A stretch of DNA of 64,000 nucleotides from positions 17,719 through 81,718 of the forward strand of contig JBHLLP010000014.1 in assembly GCA_048885525.1 (NCBI GenBank). Reading direction: 5' to 3'. Positions 7,508-16,873 of this stretch are shown piece by piece (within the stretch, counting starts at the first letter, position 1; every line of letters starts with the position of its first letter). Made by a program: the position numbers and the translations under genes. The notes under the pieces were generated by a model that was given only the letters and a program-made list of their open reading frames with translations, did no database searches and had not been told where the DNA came from. Source of the stretch: Candidatus Hermodarchaeota archaeon (GTDB lineage Archaea; Asgardarchaeota; Lokiarchaeia; Sigyniarchaeales; SOKP01).

Positions 7508-10500
7508 TTGACTTATATTAAAAAAATTTCTATGAGTGGTTTCAAATCTTTTGGAGATCGAACTGTAACTATCAGACTTTCAAGTGGATTCACATGTATC
7601 GTGGGACCGAATGGGGCTGGTAAATCTAATATAATAGATGCTTTATGTTTCTCGCTTGGTAGGTTAAGCAAAAAAACTATGAGAGCAAAAAGTTTAGAGG
7701 ATCTTATCTTTGCTGGTTCACGAGGGAAAAATCCTTCTCAAAGAGCTTCAGTTACATTATTTTTTGATAATTCTGATAATGTTTTTCCTGGAGGAACAGA
7801 TGATTTTCAGATTACTCGTGTTATAAAAAGAGGCGGAGGAGGCGGATATAAAATGAATGGAAAGAAAGTCACCCGCCAGCAAATACTTAACGCTTTAGCA
7901 GCAGCAAATATTGATCCTGATGGTAGTAATCAATTTGTATTACAAGGAAAGATTGTTGAATTAACACATATGAATCCTGAAGATCGCAGGAGGTTCATTG
8001 AGGAGTTAATAGGACTTCAAAAATATGATGAAATGAAGGATGCTACTTTAAAGGAATTAGAAAAAGCAGAAAGAGATTTAGGACAGTTTGAAGCGATCTT
8101 TAAAGAAGTATCTGCTCAACTGAAAAAGGTTGAAAAAGAAAAAAATGACGCTTTAGCTTGGAAAGAATTAGATGATCAAATAAATTATCTAAACTCGCAG
8201 TTAATAGCTCTAAAGATTTCAAAATTACGAGAAGAAGAAGAAGAACTAGAAAAAAAAATCGAAATATCTTCAAAAATCGTTGAAGAATTGCAAGAAAAAA
8301 TAAATCGTCAAGAAGATGTCTTAAAACAAGAATCTCTCGTTATGGATAATATCCAAAAAACTATTACTGATAAAGAAAAAGAAAGAGAAGAAATAACTGA
8401 AAATATAACTCAAATTAAAACACAAATATCTTCAAGTCAAACCACATTAAATCTGGATAATAAATCAATCGATAAACTAACAAAAGAAATTGAATCTCTA
8501 GAAAGTCAACAAATGAAACTTGAAGATGAGCAAACTTTTGATTCATTAATAGAAAGTGTGTTAAATGTAATTTTAGAATATGAGAATTATATTGAAGAAG
8601 CTAAAAAGGAAATTGAAAAAAGACAACAAAACCAAGCTGAATTAGACCTTAAAATAAAAAATAATGAAGATGAAAAATCTATTTTTAAAGCAGAAATATC
8701 CAAGATACAACAAAATGTTTCTTCTAATAATGCTCAAATTAAGATGCTTAGAGGAACTATTAAAAAAAATGAAGAAAAAAAGGAAAAATTAGAAATTGAA
8801 TTACAGAGATTGAAAAAAGATGCTGAAAGCATCGATGAGGCCATTGAAGCGACTAAACAAGCAGAATCTGAAATAAGGAATAAAATTAACGATTTAAATA
8901 GTAAAATTTCTAAAGAAAATCAAAATCAAAAAGATCTAGAGAATAATATTAACACTCTCCAAATAGAGAAAAACCAACTAAATTCTAAATCAGCAAATTT
9001 TCAAGCTACTTTATCGTCTTTAAGTACAGAAATTAAAATGAATCAAGGAAACATACAAGAATTAGATGAAAAGAAAAATCTTATAAAGAAAAAGATTACT
9101 GAATTAAGTCAAGGTCAGGACTCTGAAAAAGCAGTGAAAGAATTATTGAGTCAAAATGAAACCATAAACAAAGAATTGAGTGAATTAAGAACAAAATTAA
9201 AGCAAGAAAATTCAGTATATAGAAAAAATGAACAAGATCTAGAACTAATTAAAATGAAAAAATATTCTTGCGAATCAGAAATCAATGATAATAATGCAAA
9301 GATTGATAATATTAATACAGAACTAAAAATTCTTACAAAAGAATTAACAAATTTGGATCGAGAGAAGAATAAATTAGAAATACTAGCAGATACATCAAAT
9401 AAAAGTCTTACAAATATTACTGAGTCAACTGAAAAATTATTAATTAAGAAGGAGAATGTACAAAGACGTTTAGAAGATCTTTCCCAACAAAAAGAAAATT
9501 TGACAAAAAAAATTGAATCTTCTGAGGAAGAATACGAGAAGGATACAAAAGATGTTACGGGAATTCTCCAAATTTTAAATATGCTTACCCAGAATATTAA
9601 TATCTCAGTTGAATCTATTAAAAGTAATATACAACAATCAAACGCAGAGGCAATTGAATCATCCGCAGAAGATTTTAAAAAATTCATTTTAGATATCATA
9701 GATATTATGAAAACAGTTGAGGATATTGGCGTTGATGAGGAAAAACATGCTGAAATGACAGAAATGATTAACTCTATAATGCAAACTTTAAAAATGTTTA
9801 CAGATAATGCTGATGAAACCATTAATCAATTAATCGATAGAGTAAAAGAATCAGCAGACATTGAAGTACAAAGTTCAACCGCTACATTTGATAGTTTTGT
9901 TCAAGACTTAATGGAAATTCTTGAAAATGTATATCTTTCGTTAAGAAAGCTAACTATGTCTAAAAGTCAGGAACTATACAAACAATTGGAAGAAATATCG
10001 GAGACTATCAAATCCCAAACAGACGATTTTAACCAAAATGAGAAACAATTAACTGAAAGTAATATCCAAGAAAAACACTTATCAGAAAACCTTTCAACTT
10101 ATGAAAAAAGACTTAATGAAATTAATAAAAGAAATACTGAGATAAATGAAAGAATTAAAAAAGGAGAACAAGAAATTAAGGAAAGGGAGAAAATAATTAA
10201 TACCAGACAATCAGAAACTAGTAACTTTGATATCGAAATTGAAAAACTAAAAAAACTTAAAGACACATATTGGGACAATCTCTCTACAATTCAAGAAGAT
10301 ATTGATAAAAAGCAAAACGAATTAGAAAATCTGAGAGAAAAATTACAGGAATTGCACGGAATTCAAAATTTATTTGAGAATATTGCTGAAATTGATGATA
10401 ATGTAGAAAAATTAAATAAAATTATTTTGGAAAAGAAAAATTTAATCGTAAATACAGAAGAAAATATTAAAAAAATTCAAGAAGAACAAAATTCATTACA

Positions 10501-11959
10501 AAAAAATATTGATGAACTTGTTCTAAAAAAAGAGAACTACTGGGAAATAACAGAGAATTTACGAAAACAGATAGATGATGAGAACAAAACCTTGGAAGAT
10601 ACTATGGATCGCTTAAGAGCGCTTGAAAACGTAATGAGGATAATTGATTCTATTGAAGATATTAAAAAAGAAAATAATGATGCTAAAAATAATGTTCAAA
10701 CTTGTTTAAATGAAATAGAAGGATTGAAAACCCAGATTGAAGAAATCCAAAAAAATGTGAATAAAAAACAAGAAGTAATAGATTCTTTAAGAATTCAGAA
10801 AACAGAAGAGTTAGAATCACAAAAGGTAGCCCAAAAGAATTTAAACAAATTGAATAAAGATTTGCAGAAATCTCAAGGGAAGTTGAATGAGTTAAATAAA
10901 AATAAAGAAAGAGAACAAAAAATTATTGGGCTGCATCAAGAGATAAAAGATATTGAAGAACAGATTGAATTAATAACAAAAGAATTAAGCAATTTTAAAG
11001 AAAAATTGGATAGTGAAAATGAAAAGAAGAATGAAAAACAAAAAGAGATTGATAAGTTTATACAAGAAAAAGATGAATCATGGAAAAAACAAAAACAATA
11101 TCAGAAAGTTATAACTGACTTAAAATCAGATTTATCTATGGAGAATTCTAAAATCAACAATTTTGAATCAAAAAAAATAATGTGTACTGATCAAATTGAA
11201 ACTTTGTTTGAGCGTTCTAAAGAATATGGGTCATTACCTCCTATAAATGAAGGGCTTTCAGAAGCAGAATTACAGGCAGATATAGTAGAAAAAACACAGA
11301 AGAAAAAAACCCTAGAACCTGTGAATTTAAAAGCAATTGAACAATATGATACTGTAAAAGAAAGATTTGATGAGATAGATATGAGACGGCAAACAATACA
11401 AAGAGAAAGAAAATCAATTTTAGATGCTATTGATAAGATTGAACTAGAAAAAACAAGAACATTCATGAAAGCATATCATGAGATTAATAGAGAGTTTAGT
11501 AGAATTTTTCAAAAACTTAGTCCTGGTGGTTCAGCGAAAATGATTTTAGATAGACCAGATAAGCCATTCGAAGGGGGTATTAGTATAGAAGCAAGACCAA
11601 GAGGTAAAAAAATTAGCTCATTAGAAATATTAAGTGGCGGTGAAAAAACATTAGTAGCATTATCTTTCATATTTGCTGTTCAAGAATTTTATCCTGCTCC
11701 ATTTTATGTAATGGACGAAATTGATGCTGCTTTAGATGGTCCAAATGTACATCGCGTTTCCATGGTTATAAAAGAATTTGCTTCACAAGCTCAATTTATG
11801 GTGATTAGCCACCGTGAGGAAAATATAGTAAATGCAGATAGAATTTATGGAGTATCAATGCAACAAAGTGGAATAACTGATATTTTTAGCGTTGATTTAG
11901 AAGAAGAGGCAAAAAGAATTCTTGAAATTGAAGATGTCGAACCTACAATAACAGAATAA
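7508..11959 (+). CDS. smc: SMC chromosome segregation ATPase, elongated, with atypical central apex
   Basis: GFKSF, Walker A GPNGAGKSN, Q-loop VLQG, signature LSGGEK, Walker B/D-loop VMDEIDAALD, H-loop ISH; long coiled coils; GGAG SD before TTG. Confidence 0.95.
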   Translation: MTYIKKISMSGFKSFGDRTVTIRLSSGFTCIVGPNGAGKSNIIDALCFSLGRLSKKTMRAKSLEDLIFAGSRGKNPSQRASVTLFFDNSDNVFPGGTDDFQITRVIKRGGGGGYKMNGKKVTRQQILNALAAANIDPDGSNQFVLQGKIVELTHMNPEDRRRFIEELIGLQKYDEMKDATLKELEKAERDLGQFEAIFKEVSAQLKKVEKEKNDALAWKELDDQINYLNSQLIALKISKLREEEEELEKKIEISSKIVEELQEKINRQEDVLKQESLVMDNIQKTITDKEKEREEITENITQIKTQISSSQTTLNLDNKSIDKLTKEIESLESQQMKLEDEQTFDSLIESVLNVILEYENYIEEAKKEIEKRQQNQAELDLKIKNNEDEKSIFKAEISKIQQNVSSNNAQIKMLRGTIKKNEEKKEKLEIELQRLKKDAESIDEAIEATKQAESEIRNKINDLNSKISKENQNQKDLENNINTLQIEKNQLNSKSANFQATLSSLSTEIKMNQGNIQELDEKKNLIKKKITELSQGQDSEKAVKELLSQNETINKELSELRTKLKQENSVYRKNEQDLELIKMKKYSCESEINDNNAKIDNINTELKILTKELTNLDREKNKLEILADTSNKSLTNITESTEKLLIKKENVQRRLEDLSQQKENLTKKIESSEEEYEKDTKDVTGILQILNMLTQNINISVESIKSNIQQSNAEAIESSAEDFKKFILDIIDIMKTVEDIGVDEEKHAEMTEMINSIMQTLKMFTDNADETINQLIDRVKESADIEVQSSTATFDSFVQDLMEILENVYLSLRKLTMSKSQELYKQLEEISETIKSQTDDFNQNEKQLTESNIQEKHLSENLSTYEKRLNEINKRNTEINERIKKGEQEIKEREKIINTRQSETSNFDIEIEKLKKLKDTYWDNLSTIQEDIDKKQNELENLREKLQELHGIQNLFENIAEIDDNVEKLNKIILEKKNLIVNTEENIKKIQEEQNSLQKNIDELVLKKENYWEITENLRKQIDDENKTLEDTMDRLRALENVMRIIDSIEDIKKENNDAKNNVQTCLNEIEGLKTQIEEIQKNVNKKQEVIDSLRIQKTEELESQKVAQKNLNKLNKDLQKSQGKLNELNKNKEREQKIIGLHQEIKDIEEQIELITKELSNFKEKLDSENEKKNEKQKEIDKFIQEKDESWKKQKQYQKVITDLKSDLSMENSKINNFESKKIMCTDQIETLFERSKEYGSLPPINEGLSEAELQADIVEKTQKKKTLEPVNLKAIEQYDTVKERFDEIDMRRQTIQRERKSILDAIDKIELEKTRTFMKAYHEINREFSRIFQKLSPGGSAKMILDRPDKPFEGGISIEARPRGKKISSLEILSGGEKTLVALSFIFAVQEFYPAPFYVMDEIDAALDGPNVHRVSMVIKEFASQAQFMVISHREENIVNADRIYGVSMQQSGITDIFSVDLEEEAKRILEIEDVEPTITE
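9551..9960 (+). repeat. tandem ~71-aa protein repeat at the SMC apex
   Basis: aa682 DVTGILQILNMLTQN..QSNAEAIESSAEDFKKFILDIIDIMKTV aligns without gaps to aa753 MINSIMQTLKMFTDN..ESADIEVQSSTATFDSFVQDLMEILENV. Confidence 0.75.
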
Positions 11960-11984
11960 TGATAATTTTTCCTTGAGGTGAGTA

Positions 11985-12998
11985 ATGATTTCAAAAAATG
12001 GAGAAGACACGGTAAAAAAATATAATTTTAATGAATGGACTGTAAAACTCTTAAAGGAATTTGCATCAAAAAATAATATTAAAATTCCAACTAAGGCAAA
12101 AAAAAGAGATATTGTTGAATTGCTTGAAAACGTTACATCTCATCCCGACTTTATCGATCGATCTCAAGAAGAACAAACAGAAGAACCTGAAATAGAATTA
12201 GTTGCTGAGTTTGATGAAGAAGATGAGGATCTTGCATTATTGCGAAAAGAAAAAACTGAATTGAAATTTTGGCAAAAACCACCATTTTCAAGTCTTTTAG
12301 ATACTGAATTAGCAAAAGAATCCGAAATTGCTTTTTACGATTTGTCAAAATTAGTAGATAGCTTTTTTGATAATATGCTTCATGAAGATTTAATTAACTA
12401 TAAAATTTCTGGAATAGCACTTAAAACATCTGCATCTCTACATCATTACAAAATCTCAAGTATAATTAAAGAAGAGGAACAAATTCAACGAAGAGAAGAA
12501 TTAGAAAAATTCAGACAAAGCCATTCTAGATCAATTCCAAAAGCTTTGCCTCAGCCAATTTCCCCTAAAATGCAAATTGCTACTAAGGATGAATTATTTG
12601 ATGCTATGAGATCAGCGATTATTGAAGTAATGCAAAATAAAGAAAAGTTAAAAAGAAGGAGAATGCGAAGAGAAGAACTTAAAGAACAAAGGATCCAAAT
12701 GAGATCCAAAGCGCAATTACCAAAAGAACTCTTAAAACATATTAGTGGTAAAGAACAGACTGTTGAAGAATTGCATGAATCATGGTATAATCGAATAAAA
12801 GCTACAATCAATTTAAACAATAAACAAACAAGTATTTTTGATTTAATGAATATTATTAAAAACGAAGAGGAAAGTGGTATAGGTCGTAAATTTTCGTTAG
12901 TACGTATGTTTTTAGCTTTACTATTCTTATCTACTGGAAATAAATTAAATTTATCTCAAGAGGAAGATTTTCAAGATATTTTAGTTGATACTAGTTAA
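11985..12998 (+). CDS. scpA: ScpA kleisin with an extra N-terminal HEH/SAP-like domain
   Basis: Follows smc; DLSKLVDSF..SGIALKTSA..YK N-domain; C-terminal VRMFLALLFL...LSQEEDFQDI winged helix. Confidence 0.85.
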   Translation: MISKNGEDTVKKYNFNEWTVKLLKEFASKNNIKIPTKAKKRDIVELLENVTSHPDFIDRSQEEQTEEPEIELVAEFDEEDEDLALLRKEKTELKFWQKPPFSSLLDTELAKESEIAFYDLSKLVDSFFDNMLHEDLINYKISGIALKTSASLHHYKISSIIKEEEQIQRREELEKFRQSHSRSIPKALPQPISPKMQIATKDELFDAMRSAIIEVMQNKEKLKRRRMRREELKEQRIQMRSKAQLPKELLKHISGKEQTVEELHESWYNRIKATINLNNKQTSIFDLMNIIKNEEESGIGRKFSLVRMFLALLFLSTGNKLNLSQEEDFQDILVDTS

Positions 12999-13038
12999 CG
13001 GTAATTTTTATAAAAATTATTATTAAAAGTGACCAGAA

Positions 13039-14031
13039 TTGGAAGAAAATCCAGATAAAGAAAATAATGAGGAAATAGAAGAAAATCCTGACAATATTTT
13101 TGATGAAGAAGAAAATGAACTTCTTGATGAAGAAATTAAAGATGTGGAAACATTAACTGAAATAGAATCTAAAGAAGTAGATTTAGATGATTCAATGAAA
13201 GAAATTGAAGGTGAATTCATTGAACAACTAGAAACAAAATCAGAAGATATTGAAAAACTTGAATTAGTTGAAGAATTCGATCAAGAATCAGAAGCAATCC
13301 TAATTGAAGAATCTATTGATGTGCAAAGGCTTGAAGATGCAAACAATATAATTAAAAATACGTCAGAAAGTACGATTATCCATGAAAAAGCTTTAGAACT
13401 TGATGAAAAAGCTCTTCATCGAAATTTTATTGAGGCAGCCCTCTATGCTGCTGGAGGACCTTTAACAATAGAAGAGTTATCCAATAAATTAGAATTTCCT
13501 AAAAAGGAAGTAGAAACTCTAGTAAATGAATTAGCTTTTGATTATTTAGAGCGTACTACATCACTAATTATTGCGCAAATTGGAGATAGATATCAAATGC
13601 AGATTAGACCTGAATACACTGAAAAAGTTTCAAAATTTGCGAAAGGAGGGGCAATAGCAGAGAGGCATTTAAGAACTTTGACTATTATCGCTTTAAAGCA
13701 ACCAATCTTAAAATCAATGGTTATAAAATTAAGAGGTACTGGAGCATATGAACATATAAAGTACCTTTTAGATAATGAATTTATAAACGCTGTAAAAAAA
13801 GGTAGATCTCACGAATTAACTACTTCAGATAAGTATGCAGAAATGTTTGGATTGCCAAAAGATATAAGATTGATGAAACAAGCTATGATCAATCAATTAG
13901 GAATTGGAGAAGGAGGAGAAATTAAGGTTTCAGGTGAAACCGAAGAAGTGGAAAAAGTCGAAGATTCAATTGAAATCGAAGAAGAAAATCAAGTTGAACC
14001 TATGAATGAAAATGATGAGGTAGAAGAATAA
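13039..14031 (+). CDS. scpB: ScpB (KITE) subunit with long acidic N-terminal extension
   Basis: IEAALYAAGGPL, LRTLTIIALKQPI..IKLRG..AYEHIKYL, TSDKYAEMFGL. Confidence 0.92.
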   Translation: MEENPDKENNEEIEENPDNIFDEEENELLDEEIKDVETLTEIESKEVDLDDSMKEIEGEFIEQLETKSEDIEKLELVEEFDQESEAILIEESIDVQRLEDANNIIKNTSESTIIHEKALELDEKALHRNFIEAALYAAGGPLTIEELSNKLEFPKKEVETLVNELAFDYLERTTSLIIAQIGDRYQMQIRPEYTEKVSKFAKGGAIAERHLRTLTIIALKQPILKSMVIKLRGTGAYEHIKYLLDNEFINAVKKGRSHELTTSDKYAEMFGLPKDIRLMKQAMINQLGIGEGGEIKVSGETEEVEKVEDSIEIEEENQVEPMNENDEVEE

Positions 14032-14049
14032 GTAACTCTTCAAAATTCT

Positions 14050-16653
14050 TTATTCTTTAAAAAAGTAAACACTAATATTTAGATCTTCAACATTTTCTTT
14101 TAAATCAGGCTTCTCTTTGATAGATTTTTCTAAAGATTTCTCTATTATTTCTAATTTATTTATTCTAATTGTATTCCTAATATCTTCTTTTAAGTTTTCT
14201 ATGTAATTAATATTATTCTTTGCTGTTAGAAGAACCACTTTTGAAATTTCTTGATTTAAAGGTATCTGAATTTTTGATTTACTCATTCTTAAATTCTTTA
14301 TTATTTCAATTCCTAATTTCCCTTTCTCAATTAATTCTTCAGATAAATTATCATAGGGTACTGGCCATTTTTCTAAATGTATTGAATTTAAATCTTTAAA
14401 TTGTTTGTAAAAAATTGAATATATTTCTTCAGAAATGAATGGCATTATGATTGCTAGTATTTTAAGTATTTTATAAAATAAATTTAAAGCATTTTTTAAA
14501 GAAGCTATTCTGATTCCTTGGTCTTCAATATAAAACTTATATTTTATTGCTTCAATGTAATTATCGCAGATATCATTCCAGAAGAATGATCTTAAGATCA
14601 TTGTAGCTTCATGCCAGTTATATTCATCAAAATACTTAGAAATTAGAGCTAGATTTTTATTGAATTCTGAAAAAAAGAAACTATCAGCTGCAGATAAAAC
14701 ACTAGAATTAATATTGAGATCATCAATTTCAATATTATTTAAATTTAAATATAAAAACCTATAAGCATTCCAGATTTTCGTAATAAACCTTGAAGCACCG
14801 ATTAATTGTTCATATCTTATTCCATACTTTTTATTGAATTTATCTTCTGGAAGCCTTTCTCTTTCCTTTTTGATATCTTCAAGAAGAACAGGTTGCTTAG
14901 ATTGGAGATTAATCCAAGAGAATTCAAATGGATAATCATCTCCTAAAGAACCCATAGCAGCCCAATATCTAATAGCATCAGCGCCATATTTTGGCATAAC
15001 TTCATCGGGTGAAACAGAATTTCCAAGACTCTTAGACATATGACGACCATCTGGACCAGCAACCATTCCGTTTATCATAGCTTCATAAAATGGGGTTTTT
15101 CCTGTTAATTTTTTACATCGAAATAATGTATAAAATAACCATGTTCTGATAATCTCATATCCTTGGGGGCGATGAACCTTAGCTTTAAGGTAGGTTCTTT
15201 CATAAAACTCTTTGTTTTCTTCCCATTTTGCAATTTCTAATGGACTTATGCTTGAATCAATCCAACAATCACATATATCTTTTTCTCCAACAATTTTTTT
15301 GCTCTTGCATTTTGAACATTCTTTAAGAGGTGGATTAATTTTTACTGGGTCAAGAGGTAAATCATCTCTCTTTGGGGGAATAATTTCGCCACAATCTTTA
15401 CAATACCAAAATGGAATTGGAGTTCCAAAGACTCGTTGACGTGAAATTACCCAATTCCAATCCAAGCCCCCTGCCCAATCTAGTAATCTTTGTTTTTGCT
15501 TTTCTGGATACCATTTCATCCCTTCTGCTGATTTAATTATTTCTTGAGTAAAATCTTTTACATTAATAAACCACTGATAAACAGGCAAATATTCAATAGG
15601 TTTTCTGCAAGAAGGTCGTTCAGAATGAACAATTATACTATGCTCATAATCTTCTACTTTTTCAATCAATCCCATATTTTCAAGGTCTTCGACAATTTGT
15701 TCTCGAGCTTCCATTATAGTTAAACCCTGATATTTAGAATTCTGATTCATATGCCCATCTTCTGTAAATATCTGTATCTCATCAAGATTATATTGCAATT
15801 TCCATTTTATGTCCATTTCATCTCCATAAGTACAAACATAAACAACACCAGTACCAAAATTCATATCAACTGTATTATCCATATAAACTCGAACAGCGCG
15901 CTTCGTAAAGGGAATTTGGATTTCAGCAGCAGATAGATCATGATAACGATCATCATTAGGATTGACCATTACAGCTACACATGCTTCCATGTATTCCGGA
16001 CGCGTTGTAGCAATAGTAACAAATTCATCATCTCTTCCAATAATAGGTAATTTCATATACCATAACTTCCCTTGTTCTTCCTGATATCCCACTTCTGCTT
16101 TTGCTACAGAAGTTTCGCAATTAACACAGAAATGGGTTGGAAATTTCTCTCGATACAACCAACCCTTCTCATAAAAATAAAGAAGTGATAATTGAACTTT
16201 AAATTTATAATCATCATCCATAGTTCGATATGTATATTCCCAGTCAGGAGAATATCCTAACTCATCATACTGTCTCATCATATTTTTGATATTATCATCA
16301 ACCCATTCAACACATTTTTGTAGGAATTCATCTCGTTGATGTTGAGAGATCCCATACTTCTTTTGAACAGCAAGTTCCACAGGAAGACCATGGCAATCAA
16401 ATCCTTGAGGGAAATACACATTTTCTCCCTTCATTTTATGATATCTTGCTACAAAATCTATCCATGAATGATTTAAAATATGTCCCATATGAAGATCTCC
16501 ACTTACAAAAGGAGGAGGAGTATCTATAGAAAATATTTCACCCTTTTGATTGAAATTGAATGCATAAATTCTTTCATCCTTCCAAAATTTGATCCATTTC
16601 TTTTGAACTTCGTTAAAATTAAACCGCTTTGGATATGATATTATTTTTGCCAT
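14050..16653 (-). CDS. valS: valyl-tRNA synthetase, archaeal type
   Basis: IDTPPPFVSGDLHMGH, IATTRPE editing domain, WVISRQRVFG, MSKSLGN. Confidence 0.95.
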   Translation of the reverse strand: MAKIISYPKRFNFNEVQKKWIKFWKDERIYAFNFNQKGEIFSIDTPPPFVSGDLHMGHILNHSWIDFVARYHKMKGENVYFPQGFDCHGLPVELAVQKKYGISQHQRDEFLQKCVEWVDDNIKNMMRQYDELGYSPDWEYTYRTMDDDYKFKVQLSLLYFYEKGWLYREKFPTHFCVNCETSVAKAEVGYQEEQGKLWYMKLPIIGRDDEFVTIATTRPEYMEACVAVMVNPNDDRYHDLSAAEIQIPFTKRAVRVYMDNTVDMNFGTGVVYVCTYGDEMDIKWKLQYNLDEIQIFTEDGHMNQNSKYQGLTIMEAREQIVEDLENMGLIEKVEDYEHSIIVHSERPSCRKPIEYLPVYQWFINVKDFTQEIIKSAEGMKWYPEKQKQRLLDWAGGLDWNWVISRQRVFGTPIPFWYCKDCGEIIPPKRDDLPLDPVKINPPLKECSKCKSKKIVGEKDICDCWIDSSISPLEIAKWEENKEFYERTYLKAKVHRPQGYEIIRTWLFYTLFRCKKLTGKTPFYEAMINGMVAGPDGRHMSKSLGNSVSPDEVMPKYGADAIRYWAAMGSLGDDYPFEFSWINLQSKQPVLLEDIKKERERLPEDKFNKKYGIRYEQLIGASRFITKIWNAYRFLYLNLNNIEIDDLNINSSVLSAADSFFFSEFNKNLALISKYFDEYNWHEATMILRSFFWNDICDNYIEAIKYKFYIEDQGIRIASLKNALNLFYKILKILAIIMPFISEEIYSIFYKQFKDLNSIHLEKWPVPYDNLSEELIEKGKLGIEIIKNLRMSKSKIQIPLNQEISKVVLLTAKNNINYIENLKEDIRNTIRINKLEIIEKSLEKSIKEKPDLKENVEDLNISVYFFKE

Positions 16654-16685
16654 TTAAAATCCTTTTCAGATGTATCATAATATAA

Positions 16686-16787
16686 TGGACCTGACGGGAA
16701 TTGAACCCGTGACCTCTTGAATGCGAATCTTGTTATTAAGCATTCAACTTAATAGTATCAAGCGATCTTCCACTGATCTACAGGCCC
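16686..16787 (-). tRNA. tRNA-Ala(CGC) with a 30-nt intron at position 32/33 (intron 16727-16756)
   Basis: Acceptor GGGCCTG/CAGGTCC with G3:U70 and discriminator A; D stem GATC/GATC; anticodon stem CTTGA/TCAAG; T arm ACGGG-TTCAATT-CCCGT; BHB geometry; CCA not encoded. Confidence 0.93.
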
Positions 16788-16873
16788 AACAGTAATTATG
16801 ATCTGTTTGTATTTTTAAAGTCAGAATAACTAAAATCTTTTATTGTTTTTCTTAGCTATTTTAAAAAAGGAGA

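Noticed and set aside
9151-9822. 223-aa antisense ORF inside smc, and the other short antisense/overlapping ORFs in the track
   Set aside because: S/F/I/L-rich shadows of E/K-rich sense genes, with no motifs.
7508-14031. Wadjet/MksBEFG defence system or Rad50/SbcC
   Set aside because: Heads are canonical Smc, order is smc-scpA-scpB, there is no adjacent JetD or Mre11 and no zinc hook. top6A is 18 kb away and paired with top6B.
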